64,000 bases of DNA from an uncultured Actinomycetota bacterium. Its GTDB lineage: Bacteria; Actinomycetota; Actinomycetes; JAHEKZ01. The position numbers were made by a program, and so were the translations under genes. This document shows, piece after piece, positions 33,411 to 42,954 of the stretch; within the stretch, counting starts at the first letter, position 1; every line of letters begins with the position of its first letter. The stretch lies in assembly GCA_963743915.1 (NCBI GenBank), contig CAVURN010000002.1, positions 576,001 through 640,000 on the forward strand, given 5' to 3'. The notes below the pieces were generated by a model that did no database searches, was not told the origin of the DNA, and saw nothing but the letters and a program-made list of their open reading frames with translations.

Positions 33411-33434
33411 TACCCGTCCGACGTCATGAGAAAC
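33411..33434 (-). promoter_or_regulatory. SigF/SigB-type general stress promoter
   Basis: Minus strand GTTT-N15-GGGTA, about 30 nt upstream of ATG 33379. Confidence 0.65.
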
Positions 33435-33988
33435 CCGTCGGGGCTCGGGACACCGCCGTCGAGGCTGCCTACGGCCTGTTGGCGCCGAGCGCAGTGCTCA
33501 AGGGGCGGTACACCTCGGGTACCAGCTGCGCGACCAGGTCAACCGCCTCGAACTCGACCGGAGGGACGTCCGGTGGCCCCATCACGCGCTGCGCTGGGCA
33601 TGGAGCAGCTGGCGGAGCGTCTGGAGCAGTGGGATCTGCATCATGACGGTCGTGTACCCGGTATCGGCAGTGGTAATCGGATCGCCGGGGCGCGAACCGC
33701 TCCACAGCCGTGAAGATCCAGTTCGCCTCGCCGGGCTCTACCCAATCCCTGCGTGCCGTCGACAAGTCTGTGCCTGCTGGAGCAGCGCAGAGGGCCGGCT
33801 ACACGACCATCGAGGAAGCGCAGTCACTCATCGACGACCAACTCGGCGGGTGCCTGCGCTACTTAGCCGTGAGGTCACGCCACCTTGGCCGCCTGGGTTA
33901 GCCGAGTGGCCCATGACGGCACTTCGGTTAGGCAGTCGCGGCGATAGAGTCACGGCCGACGAGTCGTGCGAGGCGGAGGAGATCTGCG

Positions 33989-34459
33989 GTGGAGATCAAG
34001 GAGCTCGGGCACCTGGTGCTGTACGTGCGCGACCTGAGGGCGTCGGTGCGCTTCTACCGCGACGTGCTCGGCTGGCGTCCGATCCTCGGCGGCGACGACG
34101 ACAACCCGCTGCCGTTCCCGGCGGCCGTGTTCAACGCGCCGTCGAACCGGACCCACCACGAGCTGCTTCTCATCGAGGTCGGTCCCGACGCAGCGGCGAT
34201 CCCCGAGGGACGACGGGTCGGGCTGTACCACTTCGGCCTCAGGGTCGGCGACAGCGACGACGAGCTGCGCGAAGCGCTCGCCACACTGCAGGAGAACGAC
34301 GTTACGATCCTCGGTCGCAGCGACCACACGGTGACGCACAGCCTCTACATCGCCGACCCCGACGGCAACGAGGTCGAGCTGTTCATCGACGTCCCCGGCG
34401 TCGACTGGAAGAACGACCCGGCGCTTCTCGGCGCCCCGATCAAGCCCCTCGTGCTCTGA
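33989..34459 (+). CDS. VOC/glyoxalase family protein
   Basis: LGHLVLYV.DL..S.RFY..VLG, HHEL, GLYHFG, SLY..DPDGNEVEL. Confidence 0.9.
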   Translation: MEIKELGHLVLYVRDLRASVRFYRDVLGWRPILGGDDDNPLPFPAAVFNAPSNRTHHELLLIEVGPDAAAIPEGRRVGLYHFGLRVGDSDDELREALATLQENDVTILGRSDHTVTHSLYIADPDGNEVELFIDVPGVDWKNDPALLGAPIKPLVL

Positions 34460-34596
34460 ACGAGCCCGCTGTACGTCATGAATGAGAGTCATGACCGCGC
34501 CCTTCCCCCTGATTTTCAAGAATCACCAACCCGCCGTCAGTCGACCTCTTCAAACACCAAAAGGACAAGATCAGTGCCGTAACCGGCCCACTACCA

Positions 34597-34642
34597 GGGA
34601 TCGGGACGGCTCAGGCGTCGACCATGAAACCGTCCCGGTCCC
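34597..34642. terminator. Hairpin between the convergent VOC gene and rnpB
   Basis: GGGATCGGGACGG...CCGTCCCGGTCCC, 12/13 complementary. Confidence 0.4.
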
Positions 34643-34687
34643 AACCGAGGCGGCAGATTAGCGGCGTCTGCGCGGGTCAGGGCTGGG

Positions 34688-35089
34688 GCGAGCGAGTTGG
34701 CCTGTAAGCCGGGTTCTGTCCTCACGCCGTGAGGCGTGAGGGGCGACCATCCATCTGGGGCCGCCGTTGCCGACGACCTCGTGCGGTCTACCCGCAGGCT
34801 CGGACGGGCCGTCCTCGAACGCCTGCGCAGCGCCGGCCGGAGCCGACGCCTCTTGACCTTGCTCCGGGTGGGGTTTGCCGAGCCGCCGCAGTCACCTGCG
34901 GCGCTGGTGGTCTCTTACACCACCGTTTCACCCTTACCGCCCGGCGAACCGGACGGCGGTCTGCTTTCTGTGGCACTGTCCCGCGGGTCACCCCGGGTGG
35001 GCGTTACCCACCACCTTGCCCTGTGGAGCCCGGACTTTCCTCGACCGGTGGTTGCCCACCGACCGCGGCCGCCCGGCCAACTCGCTCGC
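34688..35089 (-). ncRNA. rnpB: RNase P RNA (class A)
   Basis: GAGGAAAGTCCGGGCTCC near the 5' end, ACAGAACCCGGCTTA at the 3' end, 15-bp P1 helix; TACCCT -10 at 35096-35101. Confidence 0.97.
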
Positions 35090-35154
35090 GTGGACAGGGT
35101 ACGGGGCCGGACCGGTCGGGGGCCAACCTGACCGGGCTCCTAGAGTGACCGCTC

Positions 35155-35940
35155 GTGCTCATCCTGCTTCCACCGTCCGAGGGCAAGGCACCCACCGACG
35201 CCGGCCACCCCTTCGACATCGAAGGCATGTCTCTCCCGGAGCTGACGGCAACCAGACGTCGCGTCTGCGACGCCCTGGTAAAGCTCAGCTCCGGACGCGA
35301 GAAGCGCGCCCGTGAGGTGTTGAGACTGTCCGCCCGCCAGATCGACGAGCTCGACCGCAACCGCGAGCTCGCTGAGCCGCGGGCGCTTCCGGCGTCCGAG
35401 GTGTACTCCGGTGTGCTGTACGCCGCCCTCGACTACTCATCGCTCACGCCGGCAGCTCGTAAGCGTGCCGACCGATGGGTGCTCGTGTCCTCGGCCCTGT
35501 GGGGTGCGGTGCACCTGTCCGATCCGATCCCCTCCTACCGGCTGTCCGGTGACGTGTCCCTCCCCCGACTCGGGCCGGTCGCGACTCTGTGGCGCAAACC
35601 CCTGACGCGCGTGATTCCGCAGGTTGCTGCGGACGGTGTCGTGCTCGACCTGCGTTCCGGCACGTACGCCAAGATGTGGTCACCGGACGCCGAGCTCGCA
35701 CCGCGCACCGCGGTTGCGCGTGTGCTCCACCAACGACCCGATGGCAGTCGTACCGTCGTCAGCCACTTCAACAAGGCCACCAAAGGACGCCTCGTGCGTG
35801 CGCTGGTGTCTCAGGGAAAGACGCCGCGCTCCGTGCCGGAACTGGTTGACCTCATCAGCGCGCTGGGCTTCGCCACGGAGCTGAGTGAGGGTCGTCCGGG
35901 CAAGCCGTGGTCGCTGGACGTCGTGGTCGACGAGCTGTGA
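35155..35940 (+). CDS. yaaA: Peroxide stress protein YaaA (UPF0246)
   Basis: LILLPPSEGK, YSGVLY.AL, IPSYRL, DLRS..Y, VSHFNK..KG. Confidence 0.9.
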   Translation: MLILLPPSEGKAPTDAGHPFDIEGMSLPELTATRRRVCDALVKLSSGREKRAREVLRLSARQIDELDRNRELAEPRALPASEVYSGVLYAALDYSSLTPAARKRADRWVLVSSALWGAVHLSDPIPSYRLSGDVSLPRLGPVATLWRKPLTRVIPQVAADGVVLDLRSGTYAKMWSPDAELAPRTAVARVLHQRPDGSRTVVSHFNKATKGRLVRALVSQGKTPRSVPELVDLISALGFATELSEGRPGKPWSLDVVVDEL

Positions 35941-35943
35941 CGC

Positions 35944-37044
35944 TCAGCCCAGGTGAGGGACGGCGTTGACGCTGCTGACCGACACGTTGCCGTCGCCGAA
36001 CCAGCTGATCGTCGACATCGTGGCCGGCCTGATCTCGATCCGGTAGTAGGCGTGCGCCGGCGCGTCCAGAGCCAGCCGCAGCAAGGTCTTCAACGGCGTC
36101 ACGTGGGTGACGAGGAGCAGCGTCGATCCCTCGTACTGCTCGAGGATCCGGTCGCGTGCAGTGGTGACGCGCCGCTCGACGTCGTCGAAGGACTCACCGC
36201 CTGGAGGCGCAACGGCGGTCGACGCGAGCCACCGGTCCAGCTCCACCGGTGACTGCTGCATGACGTCGGCGAAGGTCAGGCCGTCCCACTCCCCGAACGC
36301 GCATTCGCGCAGGTCGTGCTCCTCGACCACGTCGACACCGACGTGCTCTGCCACCACCTCGGCCGTCTGCCGGGTGCGCGCCATCGGTGAGGTGACGATG
36401 AGGTCGCAGCCCCCGGATGCGGCGAGGTGCCGACCCGCCCGATGAGCCTGCTCGCGTCCGCGGTCGTTGAGGTCGGGGTCGTCGCCGCCCCAGCCGCTGA
36501 ACCGCTTCTCTGCGGTGTGCGGAGTCTCGCCGTGGCGCAGCAGGATGGTCGTGGTCACCACTGGATGCGCCGACGACCAGCCCACCAGCACGTTCTTGAC
36601 CGGTTCCGCCGTCGACACCCCTTCGACGGCGGTCGGCGCCCGTCCGTCGAGCGCAGCGTTGACCAGCCGGTCAGCATGCGCGTTCTTGGCTCGAGGCACC
36701 CAGGTGTAGGTGACGGCGTCCACCGGGAAGATCTCGCGCGCCCGCAGCGCCCTCTCACGCATGTCGGCGTGCTTGATCTTCCACCGTCCGCTCATCTGCT
36801 CGACCACGAGCTTGGAGTCCAGCCGCGCCTCGACCTCCGCCGTTGCGTCGATGTCGTGCGCGGCCTGCAGCCCCGCCACCAGCCCGTCGTACTCGGCGAC
36901 GTTGTTGGTGGCGACGCCGATCGCGCGGCCCTCTTCGAAGAGCACGTCACCGGTCTCGGCGTCCTTCACGACGGTTCCGTAGGCGGCGGGACCGGGATTG
37001 CCCCGCGATCCGCCGTCGGCCTCGACGATCAGACGACGTCCCAT
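35944..37044 (-). CDS. Bifunctional RNase HI / histidine acid phosphatase
   Basis: EADGGSRGNPGPA, TNNVAEY, DSKLVVEQM; RHGET phosphatase motif. Confidence 0.93.
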   Translation of the reverse strand: MGRRLIVEADGGSRGNPGPAAYGTVVKDAETGDVLFEEGRAIGVATNNVAEYDGLVAGLQAAHDIDATAEVEARLDSKLVVEQMSGRWKIKHADMRERALRAREIFPVDAVTYTWVPRAKNAHADRLVNAALDGRAPTAVEGVSTAEPVKNVLVGWSSAHPVVTTTILLRHGETPHTAEKRFSGWGGDDPDLNDRGREQAHRAGRHLAASGGCDLIVTSPMARTRQTAEVVAEHVGVDVVEEHDLRECAFGEWDGLTFADVMQQSPVELDRWLASTAVAPPGGESFDDVERRVTTARDRILEQYEGSTLLLVTHVTPLKTLLRLALDAPAHAYYRIEIRPATMSTISWFGDGNVSVSSVNAVPHLG

Positions 37045-37046
37045 GA

Positions 37047-37790
37047 CTACAGCCCGGACTCGGAGGTCCGCACCTGGATCCGGCGGCACTCCTCGCAGCG
37101 GATGATCGAGTCTTCATCCGCCTCGCGGATCCGTCCGACGTCGGTGGCGGAGAGCTCGAGGCGGCAGCCTTCGCACTGCCGGTGTCTGATGGCGACGGCA
37201 GCGAGGCCGTCCAGCTGCCCCCGCAGCTTCTCGTAGAACGTGAGCAGCTCGTCGCCGATGTCAGGGACGACAGTTGCGCGCTGCTGGCGGGCGAACTCGG
37301 CGTCCTTCTCGATCGCGTCGAGCGCGGCGACGCGACGGCGTTCGGCATCCCCGACCGCAGCCGCCAGACGCTGCTGCTCGGCGTCCAGCGCTGTTGCTCG
37401 GCGTTCGGCGTCCTCCAGGCGTTGCATCACTTCGAGCTCGACGTCCTCGAGGTCGCGTTGACGCTTGGCAAGCGAGCCGATCTCGTGCTGCAGGCTCTCC
37501 AGCTCTTTCGCAGAACCGACGGCGCCCGAGTCGAGTCGCTGCTGGTCACGGGCCATCCGCTGGCGCACCTGGTCGATGTCCGACTCGAGCTTGTCCTGCT
37601 CGCGCGCGATGTCGCTGACCTGCGTCTGCACCTCGACCAGCTGCCCACGCACGGACGCCTGCTGCGTCGCCAGCTCCTCCAGCTCGGCGCTCTCGGGCAG
37701 CCGGGTGCGGCGGTGCTCGAGCTGCGCGAGCGTCTGGTCGATGGCCTGCAGGTCGAGCAGACGGGCCTGTTCGGTCGGTGACGCCTTCAG
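37047..37790 (-). CDS. C4 zinc-ribbon coiled-coil protein (DUF164); probable CTG start
   Basis: CEGC..CEEC; frame is open 46 codons upstream of GTG 37652, reaching CTG 37790 behind GAGGAGG. Confidence 0.88.
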   Translation of the reverse strand: MKASPTEQARLLDLQAIDQTLAQLEHRRTRLPESAELEELATQQASVRGQLVEVQTQVSDIAREQDKLESDIDQVRQRMARDQQRLDSGAVGSAKELESLQHEIGSLAKRQRDLEDVELEVMQRLEDAERRATALDAEQQRLAAAVGDAERRRVAALDAIEKDAEFARQQRATVVPDIGDELLTFYEKLRGQLDGLAAVAIRHRQCEGCRLELSATDVGRIREADEDSIIRCEECRRIQVRTSESGL

Positions 37791-38947
37791 CGGTCCTCCT
37801 CGGGGCGGGACGCGACGTGACCAGCAACGGGGTCGGTCACGGTCGTCGAGACGTGGGTCTCCACCGTAGTGCCGTCGCCGGCCAGCGCCTCACGGAGCCG
37901 CGTCTCGGCGCTGGGCAGCCAGGGCCACTCGCTCGCCCAGTGCCCCGGGTCGACGAGAGCGGGGCCGCCCGCCGCCAGGTGCTCGGACGCGGGGTGGTGC
38001 CGCAGGTCTGCGGTCACGAACGCGTCCACACCAGCGCTCCGGACGTGCGGCAGCAGCGAGTCCCCTGCTCCGCCGCAGACAGCGACCCGCTCGACCCGCT
38101 CATCGGGCTCGCCGAAGTAGCGCACGCCCTGCGGGGTGGCCGGGAGCACCCTCGCCACGTGCCCCGCGAACTGCCGCAGACTCATGGGTGTCGCCAGCGT
38201 TCCGACACGGCCGAGGCCGGTCCCCGACGCGCTGGGGGCCACCTCGAACACGTCGATGGCCACCTCCTCGTAGGGATGCGCCGCGCGCACGGCGTCCAGA
38301 GCTGAGGCACGCAGACGACGTGGCACCAGCATCTCGACCCGCACTTCGGGTGTGACCTCGACGCGTCCGACCTCGCCTATGTGGGGTGTTGCACCCTCAC
38401 CCGGGGTGAAGGTGCCCGTCCCCTCGACCGTCCAGGCGCAGCGGGTGTACTCGCCCAGAGTGCCTGCGCCGGCGTCGCGCAGGGCATCGATCACGGCCCG
38501 TGCGTGCGACGGGGGGACGAAGGTGATCACCTTGTCGGACGGCTCCGAGGGCCAGGCGCGGAGCGGAACGGTGTCGCGCAGACCCAGAACGCCAGCGAGG
38601 GCGTCGTTGACGCCATCGGCGGCGACGTCGGCATTGGTGTGCGCCGTGAACAGCGCGCAGCCACCACGGATGAGGCGGTGGACCAGCGAGCCTTTGGGAG
38701 TGTCAGCGGCGACCGAGTGCACGGGACGGAGCAACAGCGGGTGGTGCGTCACCAGCAGGTCGGCCCGCCATGCCAGTGCCTCGTCGACGACAGCCGGCAG
38801 CGGGTCGACGGCGAAGAGCACCCGCCGGACGTCGTCTGCGCGATCTCCGCAGACCAGCCCCACGGCGTCCCACTCCTCGGCCGTCTGCGGCGGGTACAGG
38901 GTCTCCAGAACGTCGACGACCTGGCCAAGGGTGGGTGCGGCAGTCAC
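37787..38947 (-). CDS. Nif3-like dinuclear metal centre protein
   Basis: AEEWDAVGL, THHPL, HTNAD, HPYEE, AVCGGAG, DLRHH, HWASE. Confidence 0.93.
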   Translation of the reverse strand: MTAAPTLGQVVDVLETLYPPQTAEEWDAVGLVCGDRADDVRRVLFAVDPLPAVVDEALAWRADLLVTHHPLLLRPVHSVAADTPKGSLVHRLIRGGCALFTAHTNADVAADGVNDALAGVLGLRDTVPLRAWPSEPSDKVITFVPPSHARAVIDALRDAGAGTLGEYTRCAWTVEGTGTFTPGEGATPHIGEVGRVEVTPEVRVEMLVPRRLRASALDAVRAAHPYEEVAIDVFEVAPSASGTGLGRVGTLATPMSLRQFAGHVARVLPATPQGVRYFGEPDERVERVAVCGGAGDSLLPHVRSAGVDAFVTADLRHHPASEHLAAGGPALVDPGHWASEWPWLPSAETRLREALAGDGTTVETHVSTTVTDPVAGHVASRPEEDR

Positions 38948-38979
38948 CGCCCGAATGTACTGCCCGCCAAGGCAAGGCC

Positions 38980-39035
38980 TGCCGAGTGCGGTGCTGGTTG
39001 ACGCTCCGCGGCGTCAACCAGCACCGCACTCGGCA
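38980..39035. repeat. Perfect 25-bp inverted repeat; probable pts operon terminator or REP-like element
   Basis: TGCCGAGTGCGGTGCTGGTTGACGC-tccgcg-GCGTCAACCAGCACCGCACTCGGCA. Confidence 0.85.
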
Positions 39036-39047
39036 AGTCGGCGGGAT

Positions 39048-40683
39048 CTACAGCCCGAGGACGGCCCAGACCGCCTGGCGGGCGTCGGCCGCACTCGCTG
39101 CGTCGAACACCGCCTCTGCCGCCGTCCGACAGGCGCCGAGGTCGACGTCGGCCAGCAGCGCGCGGACGTCCGGGACCGCCACCGGTGCCATCGACAGGGA
39201 ACGCACGCCCAGCCCGACCAGCACCGCGGCGAGTGCCGGGTCAGCGGCAGCCTCGCCGCAGACGCCGATCGGACGCCCTGTCAGCTCGGCGCCCCGACAC
39301 GCCTCGGCCACCAGGTCCAGAACGGCCGGTTGCCACGGGTCGAGCAGCGAGCCGAGCTCGCCCTGCTGGCGGTCCGCTGCCAGCGCGTACTGAGCGAGGT
39401 CGTTGGTCCCGATGCTCGCGAAGTCGACCTCGAACAGCATCTGACGTGCTCGCAGGGCGGCCGCCGGCACCTCGACCATCACGCCGACGGTCGGCAGCCC
39501 GGCTGCCCGCGCCTGGGCGCCGAACCAGCGGGCCTCGGCGACCGTGGACACCATCGGCGCCATCACCCACGGCTGCGCGCCGGTGCGGGCGGCCGCGGAC
39601 GCGAGCGCGGTCAGCTGGCGATCGAGCACCTCCGGGCGTGACACGGCGGTGCGCAGTCCCCGGACGCCGAGCGCAGGGTTCTCCTCGTCGCCGAGGCCGA
39701 GGAAAGGCAAGGGCTTGTCCGAGCCGCCGTCGAGGGTGCGCACCACGATGCGACGTCCCGACGTAGCGCGAGAACACCTGGGTGTAGGCCTCGACCTGCT
39801 CGTCGAGCGATGGCTCGTCCGGGCGTCCGAGGAAGAGGAACTCGGTGCGGAACAGACCGATGCCCTCCGCGTCCACCTCAGCGGCGGACGTGGCGTCGGC
39901 GAGCGTTCCGACGTTGACGAGGAGCTTGACGTCCACGCCGTCCCTGGTGTGCCCGGGTCCGCTCACCACCTTGGCCCGGCTCCGACGGCGCTGCTCGCGC
40001 TCGCGAAGGGCCGTGGTCAGCGCAGCATCGGGGCTGACATGCACCTCGCCGAGGTCACCGTCGACGACGATCTCTTGGCCATCGGTGGCATCGCGCGCGC
40101 TTCGCACGGCGACCACCGCCGGGATGCCCAGGCTGCGCGCGAGGATCGCGGTGTGGCTGGTCGGCCCGCCCTGCTCGGTCACGATCGCCAGCACCGTCTC
40201 GGCGTCCAGGGTGGCGGTGTCGGCCGGCGCCAGGTCGCGGGCGACGAGGACATGGGCGTAGCCGGGGCGCGGCAGCTCGGCCACCGCGCGGCCCTCGAGG
40301 GCGGCGACCATGCGCTCGCCGACGTCGATGATGTCGGGTGCCCGCTCGGCGAAGTAGCCACCCAGCGACTGCAGCTTCTCGGCGAACTGAGCGGCAGTGA
40401 GACGGACGGCGTCGGACGGCGCGGTACCTCCGTCGACGAGCTTCTGGGACCCGCCCACCAGCTCGGGGTCGGCGGCGAACTGCACGAGCGCCTCGAGCAC
40501 CGCGCGGCCTTCCGGGCTCGTCGCCCGCGCAGCCCTCGCACGCATGTCCTCGCAGACGCGGGCCGATGCCTGCTCGACCGTCGTTGCCGCTTCGACGCTC
40601 GTAGCGCTGGCGCCGTCGTGGCGCACCGCCGGGCCCGCCGCCAGCCCCGGGCTGGCGGCGATCCCGACGAGCGTGTCGGTCAT
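39048..40683 (-). CDS. ptsI: PTS enzyme I, apparent frameshift near 39758
   Basis: GGPTSHTAI, GIGLFRTEFLF; RTLD.GSDK, ENPALG.RG, SIGTNDL and VCGE lie in the next frame. Confidence 0.92.
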
Positions 40684-40961
40684 CAGCCGGCTTCCTCGGC
40701 ATCGAGGTCCTGCTCGAGCAGTGCGACGAGGGAATCCAGTGCCGCCTCGGCGCCGTCCCCGTCCGCCTGCAGGACGACCGTCTCACCGTGGCTCACGCCG
40801 AGGCCGAGCACCGCCAGGATGCTGGCGGCGTTCACCGCCTCACCATCCCCCTTGGCGATGGTGACCGGGACGCCCGCAGCTGCGGCCGCCTGGGTGAACA
40901 ACGTCGCCGGGCGGGCGTGCAGGCCCACCGAGCTGGCGACCACGACCTCACGTTGTGCCAT
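40683..40961 (-). CDS. ptsH: PTS phosphocarrier HPr
   Basis: GLHARPA, NAASIL; AGGAGG RBS before ATG 40961. Confidence 0.93.
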   Translation of the reverse strand: MAQREVVVASSVGLHARPATLFTQAAAAAGVPVTIAKGDGEAVNAASILAVLGLGVSHGETVVLQADGDGAEAALDSLVALLEQDLDAEEAG

Positions 40962-40987
40962 GACTCCTCCTTGGATCGGTTCGTCGC

Positions 40988-42505
40988 CTACGCGGTCGCG
41001 AACAGGCCGGCGTCCTCTGCAGCCTCGAGCGCCGCCTCGTCCTTCGGACGGAACCGGCTCTTGAGCAGGATGACCAGCGAAGCAGCCAGCGCAGTGCCCG
41101 CGACCACCGCCAGGATGTAGGTGGGCCAGCCCTCGACCAGACCGAAGACCCACACCCCGCCGTGCGGTGCTCGCAGTTCGTTGCCGAACAGCATCACCAG
41201 TCCCCCGGTGAGAGCGCTGCCGGCCATGACCGACGGCATGACCCGCAGCGGATCGCCGGCAGCGAAGGGAATCGCACCCTCGGTGATGAAGGACGCACCG
41301 AGGATCCATGCGGCCTTGCCGTTCTCCCGCTCGGCGTGGCTGAACAGCTGCGGTCGTACCGCACTGGCCAGAGCCATCGCCAAGGGCGGGACCATTCCGG
41401 CCGCCATGACCGTCGCCATCACCTGCAAAGCCACGGCGTCCTGCGCCGCGATCGCCTCGGCTGTGAGACCGGTGACGGCGAACGTGTAGGCCACCTTGTT
41501 GATGGGTCCGCCCATGTCGACCGCCATCATCAGACCGAGGATCACGCCGAGCAGCACAGCGCTCGTGCCGGACAGCGAGTTCAGCCAGTCGGTCAGCTCG
41601 TTGAACACCCAGGCCAGGGGCCGACCGATGACGATGAGCATGAGCGCGCCGTTGACCAGCGTGGCGATCAACGGGATGACGACGACCGGCATGACACCTC
41701 TGACTGCCGTCGGCACCTTCAGCCGTGAGATGGCGAGTGCGAGGAGCCCACCGGTGATTCCTCCGACGAGGGCACCGAGGAAGCCGGCGCCCATGATGCC
41801 GGCCGCCCATCCGGCGATGAAGCCGGGCGCAAGACCGGGGCGGTCGGCGATCGCGTACGCGATGTAGCCGGCAAGGATGGCGTTGAGGAAGCTGAACATC
41901 CCGGCACCGATGATGAACAGCAGTCCTGCCCAGTCGTACAGGCTGAGCGCGCTGAACTGGTCGATGAAGGCGGGCACGTCCGCGTTGACCTCGACGATCC
42001 TGTAGCCCGCGTCGCCTTCGGCGATCCGGGCCAGCATGAAGCTGAGCGCGATGAGAATGCCGCCGGCGGCCACGAACGGGATCAGGTAGCTCACACCGGT
42101 CATCAACCAGCCGCGGACCACGGTGCCCTTGCCCACCTGCCCGCTGGCCCTGGCGACCGGCGCCGCCGCTGCGGCGACGTGGGGATCGACGGCCGGCGCA
42201 GACGCTGCCGCTTCTTCCGCGTCCGCGATGACGTCGGCGGCGTGGTTGATGGCGTGCTTCACCGAGACGGTGACCGTCGGCTTGCCGGCGAAGCGCTGAC
42301 GGTCGCGCACCTCCACGTCCGCGGCGAAGACGACCACGTCAGCGGCAGCGATGACTGCCGGGTCGAGGGGTACGGCACCGGCCGATCCCTGGGTCTCGAC
42401 CTCGATCTCATGACCGGCGTCACGGCCGGCGCCTTCGAGCGCCTCCGCCGCCATGTAGGTGTGCGCGATGCCCGTGGGGCACGACGTCACGGCAACGATC
42501 TTCAC
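40988..42505 (-). CDS. fruA: Fructose-specific PTS IIBC
   Basis: CPTGIAHTYMAAE, VETQGS, DMGGPINK, FITEGAIPF, APHGG. Confidence 0.93.
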   Translation of the reverse strand: MKIVAVTSCPTGIAHTYMAAEALEGAGRDAGHEIEVETQGSAGAVPLDPAVIAAADVVVFAADVEVRDRQRFAGKPTVTVSVKHAINHAADVIADAEEAAASAPAVDPHVAAAAAPVARASGQVGKGTVVRGWLMTGVSYLIPFVAAGGILIALSFMLARIAEGDAGYRIVEVNADVPAFIDQFSALSLYDWAGLLFIIGAGMFSFLNAILAGYIAYAIADRPGLAPGFIAGWAAGIMGAGFLGALVGGITGGLLALAISRLKVPTAVRGVMPVVVIPLIATLVNGALMLIVIGRPLAWVFNELTDWLNSLSGTSAVLLGVILGLMMAVDMGGPINKVAYTFAVTGLTAEAIAAQDAVALQVMATVMAAGMVPPLAMALASAVRPQLFSHAERENGKAAWILGASFITEGAIPFAAGDPLRVMPSVMAGSALTGGLVMLFGNELRAPHGGVWVFGLVEGWPTYILAVVAGTALAASLVILLKSRFRPKDEAALEAAEDAGLFATA

Positions 42506-42954
42506 GACACGACCACCTCTCGTTCGAACAGGTCGACGACGTCCTGTGCGTCGCCCGCCTGCAGGAGCGCGTCCTTGAAGGACGCATGGACCAACCGGCG
42601 AGCGAGCGCTGCCAGGACTTTCAGGTGCGCGTCGCCGCCTCCGGCGGGCGCCGCGATCAGGAAGATCAGATGGGCCGGACCGTCGGCCGCGCCGTAGTCG
42701 ACGCCAGACGTCGACCGGCCGAACGCCACCGTCGGCTCGGTGACCGCGTCGGACCGCGCGTGCGGGATGCCGATGCCGCCTTCGAGGCCGGTCGGCATCT
42801 GTTGCTCGCGTGCGCGGACATCAGCGAGGAAGACGTCCAGGTCCGTCACTCGGCCCTGTGCCTGCATGAGCTCGGCGAGACGGGCGGTGGCGGCGTCCTT
42901 GTCGCCGGCCTCGAGGGCCAGGTCGACGAGCGACGTCGAGATCAGACTGGTCAT
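42502..42954 (-). CDS. Fructose-family PTS IIA
   Basis: RE..PTG..GIGIPHA, FLIAAP, HL..LA.LAR. Confidence 0.9.
   Translation of the reverse strand: MTSLISTSLVDLALEAGDKDAATARLAELMQAQGRVTDLDVFLADVRAREQQMPTGLEGGIGIPHARSDAVTEPTVAFGRSTSGVDYGAADGPAHLIFLIAAPAGGGDAHLKVLAALARRLVHASFKDALLQAGDAQDVVDLFEREVVVS

Noticed and set aside
33469-33960. ORF 33469..33765 and neighbouring short ORFs
   Set aside because: Weak TTG start, no RBS and no recognisable motif; possibly a decayed remnant but not supportable.
34729-35148. Protein ORFs over rnpB
   Set aside because: Shadow ORFs on the RNase P RNA gene.
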